Positions 8,680-17,956 of a stretch of 64,000 bases of DNA are shown here, one piece after another (the stretch's first letter is position 1; the number at the start of each line of letters is the position of its first letter). This stretch comes from Acidimicrobiales bacterium (GTDB lineage: Bacteria > Actinomycetota > Acidimicrobiia > Acidimicrobiales > SZUA-35): positions 74,043 through 138,042 of the forward strand of contig JAHDBV010000003.1 of NCBI GenBank assembly GCA_020630195.1, given 5' to 3'. Both the position numbers and the translations under genes were made by a program. The notes beneath the pieces are model-generated. The model was given only the letters and a program-made list of their open reading frames with translations. It was not told the origin of the DNA and ran no database searches.

Positions 8680-9864
8680 TCACCCGGCTCGGTGGTCGGG
8701 CACCCGACGGGGGCCGCACAGAAACGCGATGAGGCGTTCCGCCGGGCCCCGCCCTCGCCACGCCACGACACGGTCGCCGAACACGAGCATCGCGAGGCAG
8801 AACCCGACCATCACGACGAGCTGCCGCCGGACCGAGGCCACCCCCGGGAGCCCGCCGACGTGCCACCAGAGATCGGCGACGAGGAAGATGTGGGCGAGGT
8901 AGGCGCTGAGGCTGACGGTCCCGAGCCGGGCCAGGGGGCGGAGCCACCGGTGGGTCGTGGCGGGGAGCGAGAGCGCGGCGCCGAGGATGGTGGTGGCGAG
9001 CCCTGCCGTGGCGAGTGTCCAGGCGAGTTGGCCCGAATGGGGTCGTGTGTCCAACAACTGGCGTGGGTCGTCGTCGATCGGTTGATCCCGGACGACCAAC
9101 CCCGGCCGTTCGATTCCGGTGATCCCGGTCGGATCCGCCTCGAGCGGTGTGTGGGCGACACCGAGTGCGCCGGCGCCCGCCACGCCCACCCGGACGACGG
9201 CGACGGTGAGCAGGCCGGCGACGAGCAGCCGCTGCCCGACACGCCTGGCGCCGAGGTCGAGGCGTCCGAGGCGGGCCCCGGCGGCGAAGAACCCGACCCA
9301 CACGAGCAGCGGGAAGTTGCCGCTGACGAGCAGGCTCCAGCTGCCGTTGAGGATCCACACGGACCAGCCGGCTTTGCCGATCGACGCCCACTCGTCGGTG
9401 AGGTGGCGGGCGGCGAGCAGCACGACCGGCCCGAGCAGGAGGCCGGCTCCGGCGACGCTCGTGAGGCTCCGGTCCGAGCGTCGGAGGAGCCAGGGGGCGA
9501 GCAGGAACATCACGCCGTAGTGCTCGAGGATCGACACCGGCCACGGCCCCCACGACAGGGCGAAGCCGGCGACCAGCAACACCACCCCCCGGCGTCGGAG
9601 GACGTCATCGGTGGCGCTCGCCGAACCGGACCGAGCGACGAGTGTGAGCGAGACGCCGCTCAGGAGGAAGAAGAGCACCGACGAGATCCCCGCCGGCGCG
9701 CTCAGGAGGCCGGCGGTCCAGGGTCCGAGGGGACGATTCGCCTCGGGGATGACCGGCGTGTGGATGATCGTCATGCCCAGAAGGGCCACACCCCGGGCGA
9801 TGTCGACGCCGACCACTCGCGTCGACGCCCGCGCCCGTTTCTGTCGTCCCGTCCACACGACCAC
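8680..9864 (-). CDS. DUF418/DUF1624-type membrane protein (HGSNAT/acyltransferase-like)
   Basis: RVVGVDIARGVALLGM, ILEHYG, LGTVSLSAYLAH, GRGPAE motifs; GGAGG upstream. Confidence 0.8.
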   Translation of the reverse strand: MVVWTGRQKRARASTRVVGVDIARGVALLGMTIIHTPVIPEANRPLGPWTAGLLSAPAGISSVLFFLLSGVSLTLVARSGSASATDDVLRRRGVVLLVAGFALSWGPWPVSILEHYGVMFLLAPWLLRRSDRSLTSVAGAGLLLGPVVLLAARHLTDEWASIGKAGWSVWILNGSWSLLVSGNFPLLVWVGFFAAGARLGRLDLGARRVGQRLLVAGLLTVAVVRVGVAGAGALGVAHTPLEADPTGITGIERPGLVVRDQPIDDDPRQLLDTRPHSGQLAWTLATAGLATTILGAALSLPATTHRWLRPLARLGTVSLSAYLAHIFLVADLWWHVGGLPGVASVRRQLVVMVGFCLAMLVFGDRVVAWRGRGPAERLIAFLCGPRRVPDHRAG

Positions 9865-9972
9865 CACGACCTCCGTTGCTCGGCCCCGACGATGGCCGCG
9901 ATGGCCTCGATGCTCAACGGGCCGTGCGGGATCCGCACCGAACCCGCACATCCGGGGCGATCCCGCCCGGGG

Positions 9973-10674
9973 TCAGCTCCCGACGGGTGCCAGAGTCTCG
10001 AGCAGGTGGGCCAGCAGGTCGGCGTAGACCTCGATCACGCTCGTTCGTTCGGCGTCGTCGACGGCGAACCGATGGCGCAGCGCACAGCCCTCGGTGAGCG
10101 CCGTGACCGCCGTCGTCAGCCGGCCGACCGTCCACCCGTCGATGAGTTGGCGGCCGAACAGTTCGAAGAAGCCGGCGAAGAACTGCTCGAACTGGGTCTG
10201 GATCTCGGCATAGCCGGCTCGCACGGCATCACGGATCTCCGGCTCGGAGTCCGGATGCGCCGTCCAGAACGTGAGCGAGACGTAGAAGAACGGGTCGCGG
10301 ACGAGCTGCTCGAGGTAGCGGCGGGCGACGGCACGCACGAGATCCGCGTCCGACTGCTCGACCGCCATCTCACTCGCCGAGGCCTCGGTGAGGGTCGACG
10401 TGCCGGCGTAGTCGACGTGCCGGGCGATGTAGACCGCGACCTCACGCCGGAAGTCCTCCTGCGTCGCCCAGATCTGATACGCCGACCCGTTGGTGCGGCC
10501 GATCCGGCGGCAGGCGTCGCTCAGCTTCACCGGCAGACCGCCGGGCAGGCCCTGCTCGAGGATGATCTCGGCGGCCGAGCGCAACAGGAGCTGGCGGGTC
10601 TGTTCCGCGGCGCCCGGGCGCCCGCGCGACGACCGCCCTGCGTCCCCGAGTCGCTGCCCACCGTGAAGCGTCAC
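9973..10674 (-). CDS. TetR-like transcriptional regulator
   Basis: TRQLLLRSAAEIILEQG...ACRRIGRTNGSAYQIWATQEDF HTH pattern. Confidence 0.75.
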   Translation of the reverse strand: MTLHGGQRLGDAGRSSRGRPGAAEQTRQLLLRSAAEIILEQGLPGGLPVKLSDACRRIGRTNGSAYQIWATQEDFRREVAVYIARHVDYAGTSTLTEASASEMAVEQSDADLVRAVARRYLEQLVRDPFFYVSLTFWTAHPDSEPEIRDAVRAGYAEIQTQFEQFFAGFFELFGRQLIDGWTVGRLTTAVTALTEGCALRHRFAVDDAERTSVIEVYADLLAHLLETLAPVGS

Positions 10675-10761
10675 GGCGGGCAGGGTAGGGGAGGAGCGGT
10701 GTCGAATCGAGGTCGCCCCCTTGAAAGGGGCGAACGGCCCAGGCCCGGCGAACCCCGTGGC

Positions 10762-11142
10762 TCAGCCGAGGGAGCGGAGATCGACCACGAACACGAGCGT
10801 CTCGTTCGGGGCGATCACGCCACCGGCGCCGCGTGCGCCGTAGCCCATCTCCGGCGGGATCGTGAGGCGGCGCCGGCCACCGACCTTCATGCCCGCGACA
10901 CCCTGATCCCAGCCCGAGATCACCATGCCGGCGCCCAGCGAGAAGCTGAAGGTGTCGCCGCGGTTCCACGAGGCGTCGAACTCCCGGCCGGTCGACCAGG
11001 ACACGCCGACGTAGTCGACGTTGACGGTGGCGCCACGGGCGGCCTCGGCGCCGTCGCCGACGACGAGATCCTCGATCACGAGTTCGGCCGGCGGATCACC
11101 GGCGGGGATCGTCACCTCGGGCTTGGAGAACACATCGGTCAT
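10762..11142 (-). CDS. fkbP: FKBP-type peptidyl-prolyl cis-trans isomerase
   Basis: VDYVG, FDASWNRG, VISGWDQG, RRLTIPPEMGYG, TLVFVVDL. Confidence 0.95.
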   Translation of the reverse strand: MTDVFSKPEVTIPAGDPPAELVIEDLVVGDGAEAARGATVNVDYVGVSWSTGREFDASWNRGDTFSFSLGAGMVISGWDQGVAGMKVGGRRRLTIPPEMGYGARGAGGVIAPNETLVFVVDLRSLG

Positions 11143-11963
11143 GGCGACGACGGTACCGCTGGGTGCCCCGCCTGCGGACGCCGAGCGGCCTCGGTCACAC
11201 GGGTCCCCTCGGGCTCCTCGGGGTGTTGGCGGGAGGAGCGCCACAGCAGCGTGACGAGTGCGGCCCCCGCCAGGGCCGACGCCGCCTCCTGGAACGAGTT
11301 CGTCCACGAGGCGTTCGCCCCGATCCACTCCACGTTGCCCACCGAGAACCCGACGGCCGACATGGCGTAGGCCCGGAACGCCCACCGGCGCAGGTGGACG
11401 TCGTGGGGTCGGGCGGCGAAGGCGAGCAGGAACCAGCCGGCGGCGTGTGCGGCGACGCTGGCCGTCCCGATCGCGAGATCACCGACCCGGAGGATGTGGT
11501 GCTCGGTGAGCAGATGGACGTGGGCGCTGATCGCCAGGACCCCCGCGATCGCGAGGCGCGACGGTCGCTGCCACCTCGGCTCGAGGCCGATCACGGCGGC
11601 GAGTGCCAGGAGGCTGAGTGCGAAGTGCATGTGGACCGGCGGAGGCATCGGCTCGTTGGGTTCGAAGGCGTAGGAGAACGCGCTGCCGGCTGCGGCGAAG
11701 AGGAGAACGGCGGTGGACACGCCGGTGAACGTTCCATGCCGCAGCCGCTGTCCGACGTGAGCGGCCATCTCACGGAAGTGATCGGTGGTCGTCCATCGGT
11801 CGCCGTGACGGGCCGCCTCGGCGAGATGATCGAGCCAGGCTCGGCGGTGGAAGTCGGCGACGTCGGGCGCCTCGCCGTGCAGCGCGAGCCGCAGCAGCCA
11901 CGGCAGCTCCGATCGGATCCCCCGGGCGTCGGACGTCGGCTGGTTCGACGTCGGCGCCACCAT
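11139..11963 (-). CDS. multi-pass membrane protein co-transcribed with PadR
   Basis: TGATG coupling to PadR; about 6 hydrophobic segments. Confidence 0.7.
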   Translation of the reverse strand: MVAPTSNQPTSDARGIRSELPWLLRLALHGEAPDVADFHRRAWLDHLAEAARHGDRWTTTDHFREMAAHVGQRLRHGTFTGVSTAVLLFAAAGSAFSYAFEPNEPMPPPVHMHFALSLLALAAVIGLEPRWQRPSRLAIAGVLAISAHVHLLTEHHILRVGDLAIGTASVAAHAAGWFLLAFAARPHDVHLRRWAFRAYAMSAVGFSVGNVEWIGANASWTNSFQEAASALAGAALVTLLWRSSRQHPEEPEGTRVTEAARRPQAGHPAVPSSP

Positions 11964-12280
11964 CAGTCGGTGGCGGGCTTCAGCGATCCGGGCAACGGTG
12001 CGACACCGACGTCGAGGAGTGCGGCGGCGTCGGGAGTGAGGGTGTAGACCCGGCGGGCCGGGCCCCGGCCCTCGGCCTGCTCGAAGCGGCTCGTCAGACC
12101 ACCGAGCTCTTCGAGTCGGGAGAGGCTGCGGTACAGCGTCGACATGGTGAAGGCCCGGTTGCCGCGGGCCTCGTAGACCTTGTTCAGCTGGTAGCCGTGC
12201 AGGTCGTCGGTGCCCTGTGACGCGAGCTCGATGGCGAGCTCGAGGATCGTTCGATCGCTCTTGTTGAGTCGCCGAGCCAT
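11963..12280 (-). CDS. PadR family transcriptional regulator
   Basis: LHGYQL, TLYRSLSRLEELG, GPARRVYTLT. Confidence 0.9.
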   Translation of the reverse strand: MARRLNKSDRTILELAIELASQGTDDLHGYQLNKVYEARGNRAFTMSTLYRSLSRLEELGGLTSRFEQAEGRGPARRVYTLTPDAAALLDVGVAPLPGSLKPATD

Positions 12281-12287
12281 GCCGGGG

Positions 12288-12316
12288 AGGTTAGGAGACG
12301 GAACCCCGTTGCTCAA
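12288..12316 (-). promoter_or_regulatory. sigma70-type promoter of padR (leaderless)
   Basis: TTGAGC-N17-TAACCT-N7-ATG; -35 lies within the inverted repeat CCGTTG-CT-CAACGG (12306-12319). Confidence 0.6.
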
Positions 12317-12475
12317 CGGCGAATATTCACCTAGCGTCCACGGCTCGTCCCCTGGGATGCGAGCCAGCGGCGCCTCGGCGTCGCGACGGCTCCGGGTGGC
12401 CCCATCGGGGCGGGGAGCTGCAGGCCCCGCCCCGACGCTCCACCGCCGTCGTGGGCGGCGACGTAGGGTCGGGTC

Positions 12476-13225
12476 ATGACCGAACTCGGTGACGCCGTCG
12501 TCCAACTGCTCCGCTCCCATCGCTCGATCCGCAAGTTCACCGACGAGCCGGTGTCGGACGAGCTGTGCGACACCGTGATCGGCGCGGGCTTCGCGGCGGC
12601 GACGTCGTCGAACCTGCAGGGCACCACCGTGATCCGGGTGCGTGACGCGGCCACCCGGGCCGCCATCGCCGAGGTGGCCGGCGGGCAGACCTGGGTCGAG
12701 GAGGCCGGGGCGTTCTTCGTGTGGTGTGCCGACCTGGCCCGATCCGCACGGGCCTGTGAGATCGGCGGCGGCGACTTCCACGCCGGCGCCACCGAACACT
12801 TCCTCATCGCCGCCGTCGACTGCGCCCTCGCCGCGCAGAACGCCGTGGTGGCGGCCGAGGCCCACGGCCTCGGCATCTGTTACATCGGCGGCATCCGCAA
12901 CGATCCCGCCCGGCTGACCGAACTCCTCGAGCTGCCCGAGCAGGTGATGCCGATGTTCGGTCTCTGTCTCGGCTGGCCCGACCAGGATCCGGCGCTGAAG
13001 CCGCGCCTGCCCCTGTCGGTCACGCTGAAGGACGAGCGGTACGACACCGGCGGCGACGACGACGGCATCGGTGGCTACGACGAGCAGATGCGGGCGTATT
13101 ACCTCGAGCGCACGGGCGGGAAGCTCGATCGGGTCTGGTCGGCGGACATGTCGGCGCTGCTCGGCAAGGAGTCACGTCCGCACATGCGTGGGTATCTCGA
13201 CGGCCAGGGCCTCGCCACCCACTGA
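12476..13225 (+). CDS. nfsA: oxygen-insensitive NADPH nitroreductase (NfsA/Frp family)
   Basis: HRSIRKF, AATSSNLQ, GICYIGGIRN, KPRLP, ESRPHM. Confidence 0.9.
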   Translation: MTELGDAVVQLLRSHRSIRKFTDEPVSDELCDTVIGAGFAAATSSNLQGTTVIRVRDAATRAAIAEVAGGQTWVEEAGAFFVWCADLARSARACEIGGGDFHAGATEHFLIAAVDCALAAQNAVVAAEAHGLGICYIGGIRNDPARLTELLELPEQVMPMFGLCLGWPDQDPALKPRLPLSVTLKDERYDTGGDDDGIGGYDEQMRAYYLERTGGKLDRVWSADMSALLGKESRPHMRGYLDGQGLATH

Positions 13226-13277
13226 ACGGTGCCGCCGGTCGGGCTCGGCCCGAGGCGCGGTGGATAGCGTGGCGGCC

Positions 13278-14990
13278 ATGAGCCCGGCCGCGCCCGAACC
13301 CGAAGCGAACGACGGTGCCGACGCCCCCGAGGTGTCCCTCGACTTCGTGCGACAGAAGGTGGTCGACGACAACGCCGCCGGCACCTTCGGCGGACGGGTC
13401 CAGACCCGGTTCCCACCCGAGCCGAACGGCTTCCTCCACCTGGGCCACGTGAAGTCGATCTTCCTCAACTTCGGGATCGCCGAGGAGTTCGGCGGCACCT
13501 GCTTCCTGCGGTTCGACGACACCAACCCCGAGACCGAGGACATCTCCTACGTCGAGGCGATCAAGGAGGATCTCGCCTGGCTCGGGGTGCAGCCCGACGA
13601 CGTGCGGTTCGCGTCCGACTACTTCGATCAGCTCTACGCATGGGCCGAGGACCTGATCCGGGCCGGCAAGGCCTACGTCGACGACACCGATGCCGAGACG
13701 ATCTCCGAGCAGCGCGGCGGCTTCGGCCAGCCGGGTGTCGAGAGCGCCCGACGGGACCGTCCCGCCGAGGAGAGCCTCGGGCTCTTCCACCAGATGCGCG
13801 ACGGGGCGTTCGCCGACGGCGAGCTGTCGTTGCGGGCGAAGATCGACATGCAGGCCGACAACATGTGGCTGCGAGATCCCGTGCTGTACCGCATCCGGCG
13901 GGTGCCCCACCATCGCACGGAGGATCGCTGGGTCGTCTATCCGACCTACGACTGGGCCCACGGACAGTCCGACGCGATCGAAGGTGTGACCCATTCGATC
14001 TGCACGCTCGAGTTCTCCGACCACCGGGCGCTCTACGACTGGTGTCTCGACCAGCTCGAGCTGCCGTTCGAGCAGCCCGAACAGACCGAGTTCGCCCGAC
14101 TCAACGTCACCCATCTCGTGATGTCGAAGCGGATCCTGAAGACGCTCGTCGAGCAGGGCCACGTCGACGGGTGGGACGACGCCCGCATGCCGACCGTGCG
14201 CGGGATGCGTCGACGCGGGTTCCCGGCCGCGGCGCTCCGCTCGTTCACCGATCACATCTCGGTGGCCAAGACGAACTCGATGATCGAGATCGAGCTGCTC
14301 GAGTCGTTCGTGCGCACCCACCACAACCGCCACGCGCTCCGTCGGATGGCCGTGCTCGACCCGCTGAAGCTCACCATCACGAACTGGCCCGACGGCCACG
14401 TCGAGTGGATGGACGTCGTCAACAACCCGGAGGATCCCGACGCCGGGACCCGCTCGGTGCCGTTCACCGGTGAGCTCTGGATCGAGCAGGACGATTTCCG
14501 GCTCGATCCACCACCGAAGTACTTCCGTCTCACGCCGGGACGTGAGGTGCGGCTCCGCAACGCCTTCTTCGTCACGGCGACCGATGCGGTGACCGACGAC
14601 GACGGCAACGTGATCGAGGTGTTGGCCACCTACGACCCGGAGACGAAGGGCGGCAACGCCCCCGACGGCCGCAAGGTCAAGTCGACGATGCACTGGGTCT
14701 CGCGCCCGCATGCGGCCGAGGCGACCGTGCACCGCTACGAGCGCCTGTTCGAGTCGTCCCATCCGGGTGAGGCCACGGGTGATCCCCTCGACGACCTGCA
14801 TCCCGCCTCCCGACACACCACCACGGCCCGGGTCGAGCCGGCACTGGCCGAGGTCACCGCCGGTGAGGTCGTCCAGTTCGAGCGGCTCGGCTACTTCGCC
14901 GCCGACGTCGACGATCCGACGGTGTTCCACCGCACGGTCGGTCTGCGAGACGAGTGGGCCAACATCCAGAAGCGCAAGCAGAAGGGCTGA
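13278..14990 (+). CDS. glnS: glutamine--tRNA ligase
   Basis: TRFPPEPNGFLHLGH, LRFDDTNP, THSICTLEF, MSKR, GWDDARMPT, EVRLR, QFERLGYF. Confidence 0.95.
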   Translation: MSPAAPEPEANDGADAPEVSLDFVRQKVVDDNAAGTFGGRVQTRFPPEPNGFLHLGHVKSIFLNFGIAEEFGGTCFLRFDDTNPETEDISYVEAIKEDLAWLGVQPDDVRFASDYFDQLYAWAEDLIRAGKAYVDDTDAETISEQRGGFGQPGVESARRDRPAEESLGLFHQMRDGAFADGELSLRAKIDMQADNMWLRDPVLYRIRRVPHHRTEDRWVVYPTYDWAHGQSDAIEGVTHSICTLEFSDHRALYDWCLDQLELPFEQPEQTEFARLNVTHLVMSKRILKTLVEQGHVDGWDDARMPTVRGMRRRGFPAAALRSFTDHISVAKTNSMIEIELLESFVRTHHNRHALRRMAVLDPLKLTITNWPDGHVEWMDVVNNPEDPDAGTRSVPFTGELWIEQDDFRLDPPPKYFRLTPGREVRLRNAFFVTATDAVTDDDGNVIEVLATYDPETKGGNAPDGRKVKSTMHWVSRPHAAEATVHRYERLFESSHPGEATGDPLDDLHPASRHTTTARVEPALAEVTAGEVVQFERLGYFAADVDDPTVFHRTVGLRDEWANIQKRKQKG

Positions 14991-15002
14991 GCGCCGCTCG
15001 GC

Positions 15003-15317
15003 TCAGCAACCCGCCCGGCGGCGCAGTTCGCCGATGTGATCGAGGAGCCCGTCGACGTCGCGGCCCTGATCTCGGAGTTCGGCCGCCTCGGTGGCGAGCT
15101 CGGCCCGTTCGGCGTCGAGCGTCGAGCAGTCACCGGCGTCGGCGGCGGAGTTGACCGCGAGCAGACGGCTCGGCTCGAACCCGAAGTCCCCGGATCCGAG
15201 CTCGTCGCTGGCGTAGCGCGACAACACGGCCATGACGACGACGGCCACGGCCAGCACGGCGGCCTTCCGCCACGGTGCCCGCCACCCCGGTCGTTCGTCG
15301 CGATCGCTCGACGCCAT
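15003..15317 (-). CDS. small membrane-anchored protein
   Basis: Single TM helix; two Cys in soluble part; GGAG upstream. Confidence 0.55.
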   Translation of the reverse strand: MASSDRDERPGWRAPWRKAAVLAVAVVVMAVLSRYASDELGSGDFGFEPSRLLAVNSAADAGDCSTLDAERAELATEAAELRDQGRDVDGLLDHIGELRRRAGC

Positions 15318-15383
15318 CGCTCCAGTGAGCCACAGCCGAATGCCCGCTGGCGAGCGATCTCCCGAGCGTGGGGGAGGCGCAGA

Positions 15384-16769
15384 TCAACCAGCCAGGATCG
15401 CCTCGAAGGTGGCGGCCATCTCGAGGAGCCGGCGCTCTCCGCCGATCGGCGCCACGAGCTGCAACCCGACCGGCATGCCGTGCTCGTCGGTGCCGCACGG
15501 GATCGACATCGCAGGGCAACCCGTCGGGGTGATGAGAAAGCAGCTCGACATCCAGTGGAGGTAGTCGTGCATCTCGACGCCGCCGATCTCGGTCGGGAAC
15601 TCGATGTCGACGTCGAAGGGCATGACCTGGGTGGTCGGCAGGGCCAGCACGTCGATGCGGTCCCACAGGGCGTTCATCTCGGCGTGCAGACCGGCACGGA
15701 GCCGTTCGGCCTCCAGCACGTCGTCGACGGTGAGCGTCCGGCCGAACTCGATGTTCTCCTGCACGGTCGCTTTGACCATGGCGAACTGTTCCTCGGAGAG
15801 CTGGCTGCCGAGGTCGCGGTAGGCGACCCCCCGCAGCACCCGGAACACACGGGTCGCGTGGGCGAGATCGGGTCGGTCGTCGCGGACCTGATGGCCGGCC
15901 GAGCCGAGGCGGTCGACGGCGGCCCGGGTGATCCGGATGATCTCGGGTTCGACGTGGAGGAGGCCGAAATCGCCGGCCCATCCGATCCGGAGCGGCCCGG
16001 CGGGGGCGAGCGGCGGCGCGAAGGACGTGCCGGGATCGGGCAACGACAGGGGATCGCGTCGGTCCGGCCCGGCGAGCACGGAGAGCATCAGGGCACAGTC
16101 GGCGACCGTGCGGCCCATCGGGCCTCGGACGCCGAGCCGCATCATGTGCGTGGCCCGGACCGCCGGGGTCGGAACCCGCCCGATGCCGGGGCGCAGGCCG
16201 ACGACCCCGCAGAACGCCGCCGGGTTGCGCAGCGACCCACCGAGGTCGGAGCCATCGGCGACCGGCAACATGTGGGAGGCGAGGGCGGCGGCCGCACCTC
16301 CCGACGAGCCTCCGGCCGATCGGCTCGGGTCGTGGGGGTTCCGGGTCACGCCGTAGACGGGGTTGAACGTGTGGGATCCGGTGCCGAACTCCGGGGTGTT
16401 GGTCTTGCCGATGATGACCGCCCCGGCGGCCCGCAGTCGGGCGGCGACGAGACCGTCGGCGACCGCGGGGCGATCGCTGGTGGTGGGGCTGCCGGCCCGG
16501 GTCGGGAGACCGGCGACGTCCTCGAGGTCCTTCACCGCGACCGGGAGTCCGTGGAGCGGTCCGGTGGCGCCCTGCTCGGTGCGTGCACGATCGAGCGCGG
16601 CGGCGTCCGCGAGCACGTCGGCACGATCCCGGCGGGCGACGATGGCGTTCAGCTCGGGGTTGCGCTCGTCGATCCGGTCGAGGTGGGCGGCGACCACCTC
16701 GACGCTGCTCAGCGCACCCGTGGCGAGGTCACGGGCGAGGTCGACGGCCGAACGGGTCACGAGCTCCAT
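15384..16769 (-). CDS. amidase signature family protein
   Basis: GLPVAVKD, GKTNTPEF, GGSSGG, GSDLGGSLRNPA. Confidence 0.92.
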   Translation of the reverse strand: MELVTRSAVDLARDLATGALSSVEVVAAHLDRIDERNPELNAIVARRDRADVLADAAALDRARTEQGATGPLHGLPVAVKDLEDVAGLPTRAGSPTTSDRPAVADGLVAARLRAAGAVIIGKTNTPEFGTGSHTFNPVYGVTRNPHDPSRSAGGSSGGAAAALASHMLPVADGSDLGGSLRNPAAFCGVVGLRPGIGRVPTPAVRATHMMRLGVRGPMGRTVADCALMLSVLAGPDRRDPLSLPDPGTSFAPPLAPAGPLRIGWAGDFGLLHVEPEIIRITRAAVDRLGSAGHQVRDDRPDLAHATRVFRVLRGVAYRDLGSQLSEEQFAMVKATVQENIEFGRTLTVDDVLEAERLRAGLHAEMNALWDRIDVLALPTTQVMPFDVDIEFPTEIGGVEMHDYLHWMSSCFLITPTGCPAMSIPCGTDEHGMPVGLQLVAPIGGERRLLEMAATFEAILAG

Positions 16770-16860
16770 GGGCGGCAACCTAGGTCAGCGCCGCGGTCGG
16801 CCGCATCAGGCGTGCACCGACCTCCCGGAGGGCGGTCCGGCTCGTCGCTCCCGGTGGTGT

Positions 16861-17910
16861 ATGACTGGGAGGGTGATCGCCCGCCACCGCCACCGAGCCG
16901 TCGTCGTGACGTTGCTGATGGTGGTCGCGTCGCTGCTCGCTCCCGCCCCGGCCCGGGCCGACGATCGCATCGAGTTCGGCTTCGGCGCCTCGGTGCTCGA
17001 CGATCGTCCGACCTACGTGCCGAACGGCGCCGGCTCGGCCGACTTCGTCCATCGTCTGTACGACGGCCTCCTGCTCCGCTCGCCCGACGTCGACGGCTGG
17101 GCGTTCTGGGTGGCGATGCTCGACACCGGCCGGACCGACCGGAGCCGCATCGTCGACCAGTTCGTCGATTCCCCGGAGTTCCGCCAGCGCTTCGGCACCA
17201 CCGACGCGGCGATCGTCACGAACCTCTATCGCAACACCCTCGGCCGGGCTCCGGATGCCGAGGGTGAGGAGTTCTGGCTCGGCCGTCTCCGCTGGCAGCC
17301 GGTCGCCGACGTGGTGACCTTCTTCCTCGAGTCCGACGAGAACAAGCTCCGCCAGCGCAACCGGGGGGCCACCCTCGTGCCCGTGACCGAACTGCCCTTC
17401 CGGTACAGCAACACCACCGGTGTCGCCGAGTTCGCGTTCCCCGACGTGATCCGGATCGACAACAACACCGGCACCTTCGTCCGCCTCGACGTGCCCGAAT
17501 ACGAGCTCCCCGCCTACACGGCGGTCTACGGCGGGCAGTGTCGGCACCCCGACACCGGCGAGGACGTCGGTGGGGTGGCCAACACCTGGCTCCGCTCGAC
17601 CGACATCTCCTGGAGCGGCGGTGCCTACCTGATGTCGCCCGACCGGGAGCACTTCTGGCGCATCGCGTGTGTCGACACGGTCGAGCCCGGTGACTACGAG
17701 TGGGCGATCGCGCACGAGGTCGCCCACCTCTGGCAGCCCGTCGTGATGGGCGACGCCGCGTACCGCGCCGCGGCATGGCCCGACCCGATCGAGCGGGTGG
17801 CCGACTGTGTGAAGGTGGCGTTCGGCGGGGTCGCCGCCTACGGCCTCGGGCCGTGCGACGACACGATCATCGACGAGTTGATCGTCGAGCGGATGCGGCC
17901 CCGGAACTGA
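16861..17910 (+). CDS. secreted DUF4214-domain protein with HExxH zinc-peptidase-like motif
   Basis: Signal peptide; FVHRLYDGLLLRSPD..GWAFW and LYRNTLGRAPDAEG..FW repeats; AHEVAH...ERVADC. Confidence 0.75.
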   Translation: MTGRVIARHRHRAVVVTLLMVVASLLAPAPARADDRIEFGFGASVLDDRPTYVPNGAGSADFVHRLYDGLLLRSPDVDGWAFWVAMLDTGRTDRSRIVDQFVDSPEFRQRFGTTDAAIVTNLYRNTLGRAPDAEGEEFWLGRLRWQPVADVVTFFLESDENKLRQRNRGATLVPVTELPFRYSNTTGVAEFAFPDVIRIDNNTGTFVRLDVPEYELPAYTAVYGGQCRHPDTGEDVGGVANTWLRSTDISWSGGAYLMSPDREHFWRIACVDTVEPGDYEWAIAHEVAHLWQPVVMGDAAYRAAAWPDPIERVADCVKVAFGGVAAYGLGPCDDTIIDELIVERMRPRN

Positions 17911-17956
17911 GTCGCCCGGGGCCGGATCGGTGGCGTCGGTCTGGCACGATGCCGGG

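Noticed and set aside
8578-11370. 930-aa plus-strand ORF and many other long Arg/Pro/Gly-rich ORFs
   Set aside because: Antisense or off-frame shadows of real genes; expected from stop-codon scarcity at high GC
15384-16769. Amidase near glnS as possible gatA
   Set aside because: Lacks GatA-specific motifs (MDEFAMG, SSLDQ) and there is no gatB or gatC nearby; generic amidase
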